From assembly GCF_963921235.1 (NCBI RefSeq), contig NC_086097.1, positions 213,592,001 through 213,656,000 of the forward strand: a stretch of 64,000 bases of DNA, written 5' to 3'. Positions 36,523 through 49,519 of the stretch are shown one piece after another. A program made the translations under genes and the position numbers. Below the pieces are notes generated by a model. That model searched no databases. It was not told the DNA's origin and was given only the letters and a program-made list of their open reading frames with translations. This stretch comes from Mobula hypostoma. Taxonomy: Eukaryota. Positions within the stretch are counted from its first letter, which is position 1. Each line of letters begins with the position of its first letter.

Positions 36523-38481
36523 ATAGAACATAGAATAGTACAGCACAGTACAGGCCATTCGACCCACAATGTTGTGCCGAAACTTAAACCCTACCTCCCA
36601 TATAACCACCCCCCAACGTTAAATTCCTCCATATACCTGTCTGGCAGTCTCTTAAATTTCACTAGTGTATCCGCTTCCACCACTGACTCAGGCAGTGCAT
36701 TCCACACACCAAGCACCCTCTGTAAAACAAAAAAAACCTTCCCCTAATATCCCCCTTGATTTCCCACTCCTTCCCTTAAAGGCATGTCCTCTTGTACTGT
36801 GCAGTGGTGCCCTGGGGAAGAGGCGCTGGCTGTCCACTCTATCTATTCCTCTTAATATCTTGTATAACTCTATCATGTCTCCTTCATCCTCCTTCTCTCC
36901 AAAGAGTAAAGCCCTAGCTCCCTTAATCTCTGATCATAATGCATACTCTCTGAACCAGGCAGTATACTGGTAAATCTACTCTGTACCCTTTCCAATGCTT
37001 CCACATCCTTCCTATAGTGAGGCGATCAGAACTGGACATGGTACTCCAAGTGTGGCCTAACCAGAGTTTTATAGAGCTGCATCATTACATCGCGACTCTT
37101 AAACTCTATCCCTCGACTTATGAAAGCTAATACCCCCTAAACTTTCTTAGCTACCCTATCTACCTGTGAGGCAACTTTCAGGGATCTATGAACATGTACC
37201 CCCAGATCTCTCTGCTCCTCCACACTACCAAGTATCCTGCCATTTACTTTGTACTCTGCCTTGGAGTTTGTCCTTCCAAAGTGTACCACCTCACACTTCT
37301 CCGGGTTGAACTCCATCTGCCACTTCTCAGCCCACTTCTGCATCCTATCAATGTCTCTCTGCAATCTTCGACAATCTTCTACACTATCCACAACACCACC
37401 AACCTTTGTGTCATCTGCAAACTTGCCAACCCATCCTTCTACCCCCACATCCAGGTTGTTAATAAAAATCACAAAAAGCAGAGGTCCCAGAATTGATCCT
37501 TGTAGGACACCACTAGTCACAACCCTCCAATCTAAATGTACTCCCTCCACCATGACCCAGCTTTCTGCAGGCGAGCCAGTTCTGAATCCACCTGGCCAAA
37601 TTTCCCTGGATCCCATGCCTTCTGAATTCTGAATAAGCCTACCATGTGGTACCTTGAAAAGAAAATATACTAAAAAATTTACAATTAGATCACTATTCTT
37701 TATCTTGCTCACTGGGACAAATTTATCCCTAACATCCCGCAAGAGATCTCTAAACATCGACCACGTGTCCATAGTACATTTCCCTCCAAAAACATCATCC
37801 CAATTCACACCCACAAGTTCTAGCCTTATAGCCTCATCATTTGCCCCTCCCCAATTAAAAATTTTCCTGTCCTCTCTGATTCTATCCTTTTCCATGATAA
37901 TATTACAGGCCGGGGAGCGGTGGTCACTGTCCCCCAGATGCTCACCCACTGAGAGATCTGTGACCTGACCCAGTTCATTACCTAGTACTAGATCTAGTAT
38001 GGCATTCCCCCTCGTCGGCCTGTCAACATATTGTGACAGGAATCCATCCTGGACAAACTTAACAAACTCTGCCCCATCTAAACCCTTGGAACTAATCAGG
38101 TGCCAATCAATATTAGGGAAGTTAAAGTCACCCATGATAACAACCCCGTTATTTTTGCACCTTTCCAAAAACTGCCTCCCAATCTGCTCTTTGGTATCTC
38201 TGCTGCTACCAGGGGGCCTATAGAATACTCCAAATAGTGAACCTGCTCCCTTCCTGTTCCTGACTTCCACCCATACTGACTCAAAAGAGGATCCTGCCAC
38301 ATTACACACCCTTTCTGTAGCTGTAATAGTATCCTTGACCAGTAATGCCACCCCTCCTCCCCTTCCCCCCACCATCTCTTTTAAAGCACTAAAATCCAGG
38401 AATATTGAGAATCCATTCCTGCCCTGGTGCCAGCCAAGTCTCTGTAATCGCCACTATGTCATAATTCCATGTATGTATCCA
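36523..38481 (-). mobile_element. Younger CR1 LINE, 5'-truncated and internally deleted
   Basis: GGGVALLVK, GVFYRPP, MGDFNFPNIDW, SDH, VPHGRL, QGSILGP, KFADDTK, WQMEFNPEKC; CTATGTT-type tail at 36523-36540. Confidence 0.92.
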
Positions 38482-38628
38482 AGATATTCGAAAGATTACA
38501 CTTCAGGGTCTTGATAGTTTTCTCCCTGTCTTCCCTCAACCACCTTGACTGTGTTCCATCTGGACCTGGTGATTAAATGCAGAAAGCCATTCTGATAGCT
38601 TTTTAAAAATTATTTTTAGCCCATCCAG
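38482..38628 (-). repeat. Inverted duplicate of 36179-36325
   Basis: 147 bp, about 8 differences by manual comparison; abuts the 5' end of the CR1. Confidence 0.92.
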
Positions 38629-38772
38629 TACCCTAAAATCCAACAGATCTCGGGCCAAAAAAAAAACCCTCTGCTTTAGCAAAGGTCTTTAAACTGTGAG
38701 TCAGAACATGAAAATTTGTCTCAGGTAACTGAAAATTATTTTACTAGGATCTCAGATATGAGTAGGTTGTAA

Positions 38773-38915
38773 CACACACAAAATGCTGGAGACTGAATGA
38801 AGGGTCTTGGCTTAACTGTTTATTCCTTCCATAGCTGCTGCCTGATCATCTGACTTCCTCCAGCATTTTGTGTGTGTCAGTCTGGATTTCCAGCATCTGC
38901 AGAATCTGTTGTTTA
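38773..38915. mobile_element. Fold-back PLE terminal-repeat insertion, degenerate HHR
   Basis: ACACACACAAAATGCTGGAG / CTCCAGCATTTTGTGTGTGT arms; TSD TRGGTTGTAA (38763-38772, 38916-38925). Confidence 0.7.
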
Positions 38916-39599
38916 TGGGTTGTAAAGCACACATTTTTGACGGTGTCTATTTCTGTCCTGGTTAGAGAAGTGCAACCAGAACTCAAAAGCTTTAAATATT
39001 TGGAAACCACTGCATTACAGATTATGGAACAGCCATAGGCTGAGATCAGGCACGATCATAATATGATTAAGTTCAACTTGAAATTTGATAGGGAGAAAGT
39101 AAAGTCTGATGTAGCAATATTTCAGTGGAAAATTACAGTGGTCTGAGAGAGGAGCTGACCAAAGTAAATTGGAAGGAGATACAGGCTGGGATGACAGCAG
39201 AGTAGAAGTGGCAAGGATTTTTGGGAAAAATGAGGAAGGTACAGGATGGATGCATTCCAAAAATAAAGAAAACTCAAATGGGAAAATAGTATAAACATGG
39301 CTGACAAGGGAAGTCAAACCTACTGTAAAAGCAAAAGAGAGGGCATACACCAAAGCAAAAACTAGTGGAAGATAGAGGTTGGGAAACTTTTAAAAACCTA
39401 CAGAAAGTGACTAAAAGAATCATTAAGAGGGAAAAGATGAAATATGAAGACAAGCTAGCAAACAGTATCAAGGTGGATAGAAAAAGCTTTTTCAAATATA
39501 TAAAAAAATAGAGAGATGAGAGTGGATATAGGACCACCAGAAAATGAGGCCAGAGAAATAATAACATGGGACAAGAAGGTGGTAGATGAACTAAATATG

Positions 39600-41182
39600 T
39601 ATACCTCATTTCCAGAAAAGTTGGGATATTTTCCAAAATGCAATAAAAACAAAAATCTGTGATATGTTAATTCACGTGAACCTTTATTTAACTGACAAAA
39701 GTACAAAGAAAAGATTTTCAATAGTTTTACTGACCATCTTAATTGTATTTTGTAAATATACACAAATTTAGAATTTGATGGCTGCAACACACTCAACAAA
39801 AGTTGGGACAGAGTTAAAGTAAGATTGAAAAATGCACAGAATATTCAAGTAACACCGGTTTGGAAGACTCCACATTAAGCAGGCTAATTGATAATTGGTG
39901 AGGTGTCATGACTGGGTATAAAAGTAGCGTCCATCAAAGGCTCAGTCTTTGCAAGCAAGGATGGGTTGTGGCTCACCCCTTTGTGCCAAAATTCGTGAGA
40001 GAATGGTTAGTCAGTTGAAAGGGACATTTCTCAACGCAAGATTTCAGAGAATTTAGGTCTTTCAACATCTACAGTACATAATATTGTGAAAAGATTCAGA
40101 GAATTCAGAGACATCTCAGTGTGTAAAGGCAAGGTCGGAAACCACTGTTGAATGCACATGATCTTCCAGCCCTCATGCGGCACTGCCTAAGAAACCGTCA
40201 TGCTACTGTGACAATTATAGCCACCTGGGCTCAGGAGTACTTCGGAAAACCATTGTCACTCAACACAGTCCGTCGCTGCATCCAGAAATGCAACTTAAAA
40301 CTGTATTACGCAAGGAGGAAGCCATACATCAACTCTATGCAGAAACGCCGGCGAGTTCTCTGGGCCCGAGCTCATCTCAAATGGACTGAAGGACTGTGGA
40401 ACCATGTGCTGTGGTCAGATGAGTCCACATTTCAGCTAGTTTTCGGAAAAAACGGGCCTCAAAGATGAATACGACCATCCAGATTGTTATCAGCGAAAGG
40501 TGCAAAAGCCAGCATCTGTGATGGTATGGGGATGCATCAGTGCCCACGGCATGGGTGAGTTGCATGTATGTGAAGGTACCATTGACTCTGAGGCGTATAT
40601 TAGGATTTTAGAGAGACAAATGTTGCCATCAAGGCGACGTCTCTTCCCGGGACATCCATGCTTATTTCAGCAGGACAATGCCAGACCACATTCTGCACGG
40701 GCTACAACAGCATGGCTTTGTAGACACAGAGTGCGTGTGCTTGACTGGCCTGCTGCCAGTCCAGATCTATCTACTATTGAAAATGTATGGCGCATCATGA
40801 AGAGGAGAATCAGACAACGGAGACCACGGAGCAGCTGAAGTCTTATATCAAGCAAGAATGGACAAAATTTCCAATTGCAAATCTACTACAATTAGTATCC
40901 TTAGTTCCAAAACAATTAAAAAGTGTTATTAAAAAGAAAGGTGATGTAACACAGTGGTAAACATGCCTCTGTCCCAACTTTTGTTGAGTGTGTTGCCGCC
41001 ATCAGATTCTAAATTTCTGCATGTTTACAAAATACAATTAAGTTGGTCAGTAAAACTATTGAAAATCTTTTCTTTCTACTTTTGTCAGTTAAATAAGGGT
41101 TCACATGAATTAACATATCACAGATTTCTGTTTTTATTGCATTTTGGAAAATATCCCAACCTTTCTGAAAATGGGGTTTGTA
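39600..41182 (+). mobile_element. Full-length Tc1 (IR/DR type) DNA transposon
   Basis: ~214-bp TIRs (39600-39813, 40967-41180, ~15 mismatches), each with two AARGTTGGGA-like direct repeats; TA flank; TATA box at ~39917. Confidence 0.95.
39961..40960 (+). pseudogene. Tc1 DD34E transposase, frameshifted
   Basis: MGCGSPL..ISQRKISENLGLSTSTVHNIVKRF (paired HTH), GRKP, VLWSDES, SVMVWGCIS, FQQDNARPH..SPDLSTIENVW (34 residues between D and E), GDVTQW*. Confidence 0.92.
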
Positions 41183-44100
41183 TTTTCACAATGGGAGACT
41201 TGAGCAGTGTGCCAGGTGTTGAAGGGTGTGAGGGAAGAGAAATGAGTATTACAAGGGAGAAGGTGCTCAAAAAGCTGAAAGACCTAAGGGTGCATGAGTT
41301 ATCCGGACCAGATGAACTGCACCCTAGGGTTCTGAAAGAGATAGCGGTAGAGATTATCTAGACATTTGTAATGATCTTTCAAGAATTATTGAACTCTGGC
41401 ATGGTTGTGAAGGACTAGAAACATGTAAATGTGACTCCACTCTTTAAGAAAGGAGAGAGGCAGCAGAAAGAAAATAATAGACTAGTTAGCCTGACCTCAG
41501 TGGTTGGGAAGATGTTAGAGTCAATTATTAAGGATGAGGTTATGAAGTACATGGTAACATAAGTGAAGTCAGGACAAAGTCAATGTGGTTTCCTTAAGGG
41601 AAAATCTTGCCTGACAAACCTTTTGGAATTCTTTGTGGAGATTACAAGTAGGATAGATAAAGGGGATGTAGGGGATGTTCAATATTTAGATTTTTAGAAG
41701 GGCTTTTGCAAAGTGCCAGACATGAGGCTGCTTACCAAGTTAAGAGTCCATGGTATTACAGGAAAGTTACTGGCATGGTTAGAGCATTGCTTGATAGGTA
41801 GGAGGCAGTGAAAGAGAATAAAAGGATCCTTTTCTAGTTGGTTGCCAGTGACCAGTGGTGTTCCGTAGGGGTCGGTGTTGGGACTGCTTTTTATTCTGTA
41901 CATCAATGATTTAAATGATAGAATAGATGGCTTTGCTTCCAAGTTTGCAGATATGCAGACTATTTTCTAAATGGGGAGAAAATCCAAAAATCTGACATGC
42001 AAAGGGACTTGGGAGTCTTTGTGCAGAACACCCTAAAGGTTAACTTGCAGGTTGAGTTAGTGGTGAGGGAGGTAAATGCAATCTTAGCATTCATTTCAAG
42101 AGCAGGGATGTGATGCTGAGGCCTTATAAGGCACTGGTGAGACCTCACATTGAGTGTTGTGAACAGTTCTAGTCTCATCTAAAAAAAGATGTGCTGCCAT
42201 TGGAGAGGGTTCAGAAGAGGTTCACAAGGATGATTCTGGGAACGAAAGGGTTATCATATGAGGAATGTTTGATGGCTCTGGGTCTGTACCCGCTGGAATT
42301 TAGAAGGATGGGGGCGGTGGATCTCATTGAAACCTTTCAAATGTTGAAAGGCCTAGACAGAGTAGATGTAGAAAGAATGTTTCCCATGGTAGGAGAGCCT
42401 AGGACAAGAGGGCACAGCCTAGGATAGAAGGGCGGCCATTTAAATCAGAGATGCAGAGGAATTTCTTTAGCCAGAGGGTGATGAATTTGTGCATTTTGTT
42501 ACCACAGGCAGCTGTGGAGGCCAGGAACTGGGGCTGAGGAGGGGGAGAAAAGGATCCGTCATGAATAAGTGAGAGAACAGACTTGATGGGCCAGATAAAC
42601 TAATTCTGCTCCTATGTTTGATGGATTTAATTGAATAAGGAGTCAAATTGCTTTCTTTTTTGAAAAAGGAAATTGCGTACCAAGTCATTCTCACCTTATT
42701 ATACTTTCTGAAGTACTTGTTTATAATTTGAACATCAATTCACATATTTTATGAAAATTAAACCATGCTTGCCCATCTTTCATATATACACGTATCAAAA
42801 GCAACTATTTAAAATGAATAAAGATAAAAGCTCTGGAAATTTATCATCTGTTTTTTCTCTATTTGGTTTATGTCACTTATCTGGGTAAATGTTAGTAAGA
42901 TTTTCTGGAAAACTAAAATGGCTGGACATACTCAGTCTACAGGCCAACACTTTGGACAAAATTATTAAGTACAGATACAGCTCGAGAGGTTTGAAGCCTT
43001 CCAAATAAAATAATAGAATATGTGACAATTCAATAAAAGCTATCACCAAGTTGTGCTGAAATACGTAATTTAGAGCTCTTGTTTAAAATCATAATTTAAA
43101 ATTTAAAAGGAATAGGTTCCCTGGAAAACAGTGGACAATTTTATTTTAAATTTTTGTGTGGTAATTTGATTATTTCATCAATAAACCATTAGGGTCAAAT
43201 GTTTACATATGGCTTTCCTATGAAAACATGTTGACGTACTGAAGCCATTATAAATGCTTAAAGTTTCCATGACAAATGTTGACATAAGATGGATTACAGG
43301 AACTAATGTCTGTGGACACAGAGTGCACATGCAGAATTTTTAATAATATATTACGGCAAATGCCCGTGACATTTTGCAGAGGAAGTCAATACGGTCACTG
43401 CAATAATCTTAGTTCTGCTCTTTCCTGTCTTCCCCAAGTCTCATCTTTATTCGAGATTGTTCTTGGTAATCTTCCTTGGATCCAGTTACATATTTTAATA
43501 TCACAGTATATTTCTACGTAGATAGTATAGTGATCATTTACGTAATTGAACTTCCTATAATTCATACTATTTTATATATATCTGAAGGTGCATCTCTGGT
43601 CCTGATTCACTAGAGCAGAATATTTTGATCCCATTGTTCTTTGAAAGTCCTAAGTGACTGTTGGTTATGTTTAAAGGGGAAACTTGGCCAATTTGATAAG
43701 ATAGCAGAAGTAACAGGCAACTGTGAAAAGGCAACCTACCAAGACTTTTAAAAAATGCAACATCTTTTATTTAAGTTTGCAGGTGGTGACATGCACCACA
43801 TTGCCAAAGGAAATGTTCTGATTCAGGATCTTAACCCCAAACATTGACGTTGCCTCTACAGATATTGTATGACCTACTAAATTCCTCCAGCAGCTTGTTT
43901 GTTGCTAAAGTAAGCATGCTCACACTGTCATTTAACAGTCTTATATGACAAGGCATCTTAATGATACTTAATTGCTCATCTCCTGTCATTGCACGTTTAC
44001 CTCGTGCACAGTGCTTCTGGCAATAATTGCTCTCTGACCCGTTAAATGTTACAAGCAATAGATGCTGAGCATGCAGTTCACAAAAGGTGAAAATCTTCCA

Positions 44101-44321
44101 GATGCTAATGAGGAGACAATGCCGGAGTCCAATAGCCAGCTTTTAGGCAAGCATCTTAAACTATGTAGCATCCTCTAGTCATACAAGGACACAGTCCTTC
44201 AAAGGTATTAGTTAGCAAGTTATAGGAAGAGACAATAACAATGGAGGGTGTTTATTTAATACTTCAGTAATATTTGAGTAATATTGTAAATATAAGACCA
44301 TAAGATGTAGGAGCAGAATTA

Positions 44322-44719
44322 CACACATCAAAGTTGCTGGTGAACGCAGCAGGCCAGGCAGCATCTCTAGGAAGAGGTACAGTCGACATTTCGGGCCGAG
44401 ACCCTTCGTCAGGACTAACTGAAGGAAGAGCTGGCAAGAGATTTGAAAGTGGGAGGGGGAGGGGGAGATCCAAAATGATAGAAGACAGGAGGGGGAGGGA
44501 TGGAGCCAAGAACTGGACAGTTGATTGGCAAAAGGGATATGAGAGGATCATGGGACAGGAGGCCAAGGGAGAAGGAAAAGTGGGGGGGGGGGGGGACCCA
44601 GAGGATAGGCAAAGGGTATAGTCAGAGGGATATGGTCACCCCTCATTCTTCAGAATTCTAGTGAATGTAGGCCCAGACCCATCAAATGCTTGAATTTCCA
44701 GCATCTGCAGAATTCCTCG
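44322..44719 (-). mobile_element. Composite PLE insertion (terminal repeat, locally copied 57 bp, inverted PLE tail)
   Basis: 16-bp TSD TGTAGGAGCAGAATTA (44306-44321, 44720-44735); 44322-44630 is near-identical to 28970-29272. Confidence 0.85.
44380..44416 (-). ncRNA. Minimal type I hammerhead ribozyme motif in PLE terminal repeat
   Basis: Minus strand AGTC-CTGACGA-a-GGGTctcgGCCC-GAAAT-GTC-GACT: stem I AGTC/GACT, stem II, full core; stem III has one C>T change. Confidence 0.7.
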
Positions 44720-46445
44720 TGTAGGAGCAGAATTAGGCCATTTGGCACATTGAGTCAACTCTGCTGTTTCATCATGGCTGATCCAATTTTCCTCTCAGCC
44801 CCAATCTCCTGCCTTCTCCCCATATTTCTTCACGCACTGACCAATCAAGAATGCATCAACCTCTGCCTTAAAAATACATAAAGGCTTGGCCCCCACAGCT
44901 GTCTGTGGCAAAGAATTCAACAGATTCATCAGTCACTGGCTAAAGAAATCCCTCCTCATCTCCATTCTTAAAGGACACCTGTCAATTCTGAGGCTGTGTC
45001 TTCTGGTCTTGCACATCCACTCTATCAAACCCTTTCACCATTCAATAGGCTTCAATGAGGTCATCCCTCATTCTTCTGAATTCTAGTGAATGCAGGCCCA
45101 GACCCATCAAATGCTCTTCATATTACAAACTATTCAATCCGGGAATAATTTTTCTTTGCCTCCTTTGAACACTCTCCAGTCTCAGAATATCCTTTATAAG
45201 ATAAGGGGCCCAAAACTGCTCACAATACTCTAAGTGAGGCCTCACCAGTGCTTTATAAAGTCTCAACATTACATCATTCCTTTTATGTTCTAGTCCTCTT
45301 GAAATAAATACTAACATCACATTTGCCTTCTTAACCACAGACTCAGCTGCAAATTAACCTTAAGGGAATCCTGCACAAGATCTCCCAGATCCCTTTGCAC
45401 CTCAGATTTTTGTATTTTTCTCCATTTAGAAAGTAGTCAACCCTTTCACTTCTTCTACCAAAGTGCATGACCATACACTTCCCAATTCTGTATTCCATCC
45501 GCCGCTTTTGCCCAATCTCCTAATCTGTCCTTCTGCAGCTTCCCTATTTCCTCAAAACTACCTGCCCCTCCACCTATCTTCATATCGTCTGCAAACTTTG
45601 CAACAAAGTCATCAATTCCATTAACCAAATCATTGACATATTATGTAAAAAGAATCGGTCCCAATGCAGAGCCCTGTTGAATACCACTAGTCACTGGTAG
45701 CCATCCAGAAAGGGTTTCTTCATTCCTAATCTTTTCCTCCTGCCGGTCAGCCACTGCTTTATCCACACTAGAATCTTTCTTGTAATACCATGAGTTTGAA
45801 ACTTGTTAAGCAGCTTCATGTATGGCACCTTGTTAAAGGCCGTCTGAAAATCCAAGTGCACAACATTGACTGATTCTCCTTTGTCTATCCTGCTTGTTAT
45901 TTCTTCAAAAAATTCCAACAGATTTGTGAGACAAGATTTTTCCTTGAGGAAGCAATGTTGACAATGGCCTATTCTATCATATGCCTCCAAGTACCCCAAA
46001 ACCTCATCCTTAACAATCAACTTCGACATCTTCTCAACCATTGAGGTCAGGCTAACTGAGTTATAATTTCATTTCTTCTGCCTCTCTCCATTCTTGAAGA
46101 GTGGAGTGACATTTGCAATTTTCCAGTCTAATAGACACACATAACAGACGGAAATGAATGGTAGACAGAGGGACAACCTGAGGTGGTCAGTGTTTTCAGC
46201 TAAAGAAATCCTGTAAGTGTTAGCTCACTTTGTAACAATTCCTAAGTGCAAACTTTTTCATTGAACATTGTTAGCAAGTATGAGCCAAGCAACCTGTAGA
46301 ATTTGAGAACTTTCTGAGAGTCCATAACTTGCCCTTGTGTATTGCCTAAACTACAGACGACTATGATGACTGTATTAACTCCAGCCTCCACTAAAAGCAC
46401 AGCCTTTATCTTGAAAGACCCAAATGTGATCTCCAATCAAAATCA

Positions 46446-46599
46446 CAAATACAAGAGATTCTGCAGATGCTGGAAATCCAGAGTCACACATACGGAAAGC
46501 TGGAGGAACTCGGCAGGTCCTGCACCATCTATGGGGAGGAATAAGCAGCTGGCGTTTTGGGCTGAGACCCTTCTTGAGGTTCAGCATTTTGTGTGCGTT
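46446..46599. mobile_element. Fold-back PLE terminal-repeat insertion
   Basis: 16-bp TSD TCTCCAATCARAATCA (46430-46445, 46600-46615); short inverted arm CAGCATTTTGTGTG. Confidence 0.75.
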
Positions 46600-47629
46600 T
46601 CTCCAATCAGAATCAATCTCATTTTGTCTGATCGTGTTTTACCAGTGGAAGGAGACTGACAGTCAGAAGGTGTCTCCAGTTGCCTAGTCCCACACAGATC
46701 TCCTGCTATGCTTTAGAAGTGTGGCACTGCAGATAATAGCAGAAGTCTGCACATACTTCATGGAATCATATCTAATGCACAAAGCAAGAAAGGATGATAC
46801 AGCCTGGCAGTCCATGGAAGAACAAATACTCCACTCAAGCCCCATCTACTCTTTTCCTATTTAAATATCAGCATTGACCTGAATTCCTTTTCACTTCAGC
46901 TTTGGTTAAAGATGAGGGCTTTCATAGTGGTCCTCTGGTCCTCTGCAGTGTCCAGTAACAGGAGAAATAGGCCCAATGACATAGTCTCCTAAGATCAACT
47001 AACCTATTTGTATATGTCATAAATACAAACTACCTGCAAGCTAATAGTTTTCAGGAGAGCTGGAGCTGGACGTTGCCATTTGCCATCTTCTCCCACTGCA
47101 GACCCATACCCACATTGTGTCTATATGTCTCTTGCAAAACACTGGTTCAATTGCACAATAATTCTGATCCAATCAATATGACTGAAAAAATTGTTGTAAT
47201 AAGCAATTAGTAAGAAAGAGAAGCCATTAAAATAAACAAGTCTCACAGCCCTTGTCCTAGTGAAGATCCCTAAGCAACGCTCATACAAGCGTCATCAATG
47301 GTCCTTAATAGAACCCATGTCCACACTTCAAAATGAAAGTGAACTAAAGTGATCCAAGAAACAAGAATTCCTTCAGGAAAACTTCATCCTCACCTTATGA
47401 GGATGAGGATTGTTCTCAGCTCCTGGCAACTGGGCGTAAGAATGTCGTCTTCGTTTACAGATCACAATCCCAGTCCAAAGGTAAAGTCCTTCCTGCAAAC
47501 AATTCCTTGTCTTATGGCAAATCACGAAAGCAAAGAAGCTATGGTGTAACTCTTTAACTAAACCATGCACTCGTGCACTATTTAGGAATAGCGTTCCTGC
47601 CTTCAGTTTGGGGGATAGGACGACTCTAA

Positions 47630-49440
47630 AGTCAACAAGAGCCATGCTCTCCCGTGACATCAGGAAGAGAAAGCAAGAGTACTCACAGGAAATTCACAGC
47701 CACACTTGTGATGCCAAGGACACACGGCACATGTGACAAGGTATATAAACCATAATAGATTAAAAGTGCTCTTTGTGCGTCAATGACAGCAACACCTCTC
47801 TTCCTGATAGGCTGAATGCCTTCTATGCGTGAGTTGATGCAATGAATGATGTGATATTGAAGAAAGCCCCCTCTCCCCCCTGAAGAACAGGTGTTCTGTC
47901 AGGCCACAGCCGAAGTGGATCCTAGCCAGGGTAAACCTATGCAAATCTGTGGGGCCAGACAACACACCCAGTCAGGTGCTGTGGGATTGTGTGGCTCAGC
48001 TAACAGAGGTCTTAATGAATATCTTAATGATTGTCTCTTTGTAGCAATCGGCAGATCTTGTAGGCTTCAAGTCAGCCACCATCATTCCGATGTCCTAGAG
48101 AACAACAGTAGCTGGCCTTAATGATTACTGTCCAGGACCTCAACAATCATGAAGTGCTTTGACTGGCTGATAATCAATCATATAAAATTTCACCTTCCAG
48201 CTATATTGGACCCTTTCCAGTTCACCTAACATTCAAACCAGTCCACTGAAAATGCCATGGGATCGGCCCTCCATTCTGTCCTGTTACACCTAGAAAACAA
48301 TGCCTCATCTGCCAGGGTATTGTTCATCCATCTCAGCTTGGCATTTAACATGATCATCCCTCAGAGGCTGGTGGGTAATCTGTCCTTGTTGGAACTCAAC
48401 ACCCCTCTCTGTATCTGGATCTTGGACTTCTTGACGGAAAGACCCTAGTCAATCTGAGTTGGCAGCAGTATCAAGCTTCACCATGCTGAGCACTGGTGCC
48501 CCACCAGGGTTGTGTCCTCAGTTCACTGCTGACTCATGACTGTACTGCCAGACCCCACTGAATCAAGTTCGCAGAAGATGGTGGTTGACCTGCCAATGAT
48601 GAATCAGCATACAGAGAAGAGGTAGAAAGGCTTTTCAAGTGTTTTGAGAACAACAACAGTGTGGACAAGACAACAAGAGATGATTGTGGTACAGGTTGAT
48701 CACTCTCCTTTGCACTTGTGCTCTTCACTCTCTCCACAGCAGAACCATAAGTTCCTTGGTGAGCACGCAATGGATGATCTAACCCGGCTGCACGTCGCTT
48801 CTTTATTAGTCAAGAAGGCACAGCAGTGTCTACGCTTTCTGAGGAGACTGGCGAGTGCAAGACTTTGTGTCCCCATTCTAACAACTTTCTACAGGAGCAC
48901 CATCAATAGTGTCCCGTCTGCATGCATCATTGTGTGGTAAGGAAGCTGCAAGCGTATTGGACTTCAAGACCCTAAAGAGGATTGTTAAAACCACCAAGAG
49001 GATCACCAGGGTCTCCCTCCCTCCTGTTTGTGACATTTACTGGATGCGTTTTATACTAAGAGCCCAAAGCATTATAATGGATCCCTACCACCCATCCCAC
49101 AATTTCTTTGACCCACTATCATCGGGAAGGAGGTACAGGAGCAGCAGTACAAGGACTGTCAGACTGGGTAACAGCATCTTGCCTCAGCCTGTGAGGATAA
49201 TGGATACCCTGCCACCAGTGAGGTCTCATTACTAGTACAGTGAGCTGTTTATCTGTGCTGCACAATTTATATGCATTTTGAAATACGTTTTATTAACTTA
49301 CCCATGGTGATATTTTGCTTTGTGTGCTGTGTGTGATATATGTTTTGTGGGTGCACTGTGGTCTGGAGGAACGTTGTTTCTTTTGGTTGTATATGTGTAC
49401 ATCAGATGACAACAAATTTGAATGTGAACTTTAACTTTAA
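47630..49440 (+). mobile_element. Decayed Rex1/Babar LINE (RT to 3' end)
   Basis: [70 protein letters not shown]. Confidence 0.85.
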
Positions 49441-49519
49441 CACTTAACCATCACCACACTAGTGGTTATTAACAATGTTAGTTACACATAAAATTCAGAG
49501 TTAATAAAGTAAGTAAATG

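Larger units (their letters stand above)
39025..42625 (+). mobile_element. CR1 LINE (decayed ORF2 to 3' end), split by a Tc1 insertion
   Basis: DHNMI, GPDELHPRVLKE, LERVQKRFTRMI, GLDRVDVERMFP, TRGHSL; collinear across 39600-41182. Confidence 0.88.
44292..46130 (-). mobile_element. CR1 LINE 3' half with a composite PLE insertion in its tail
   Basis: KSCLTNLLEFFEE, LDFQTAFNKVP and LYKALVRPHLEYCEQFWAP in minus ORFs. Confidence 0.88.

Noticed and set aside
37137..38375. 412-aa ORF as an intact or domesticated gene
   Set aside because: It is CR1 ORF2 with an internal deletion, a stretch in the wrong frame and no N-terminus.
36179..38628. DNA transposon with 147-bp TIRs
   Set aside because: The left arm is an integral part of an old CR1 ORF2 remnant, with no TSD or transposase; better explained as a local inverted duplication.
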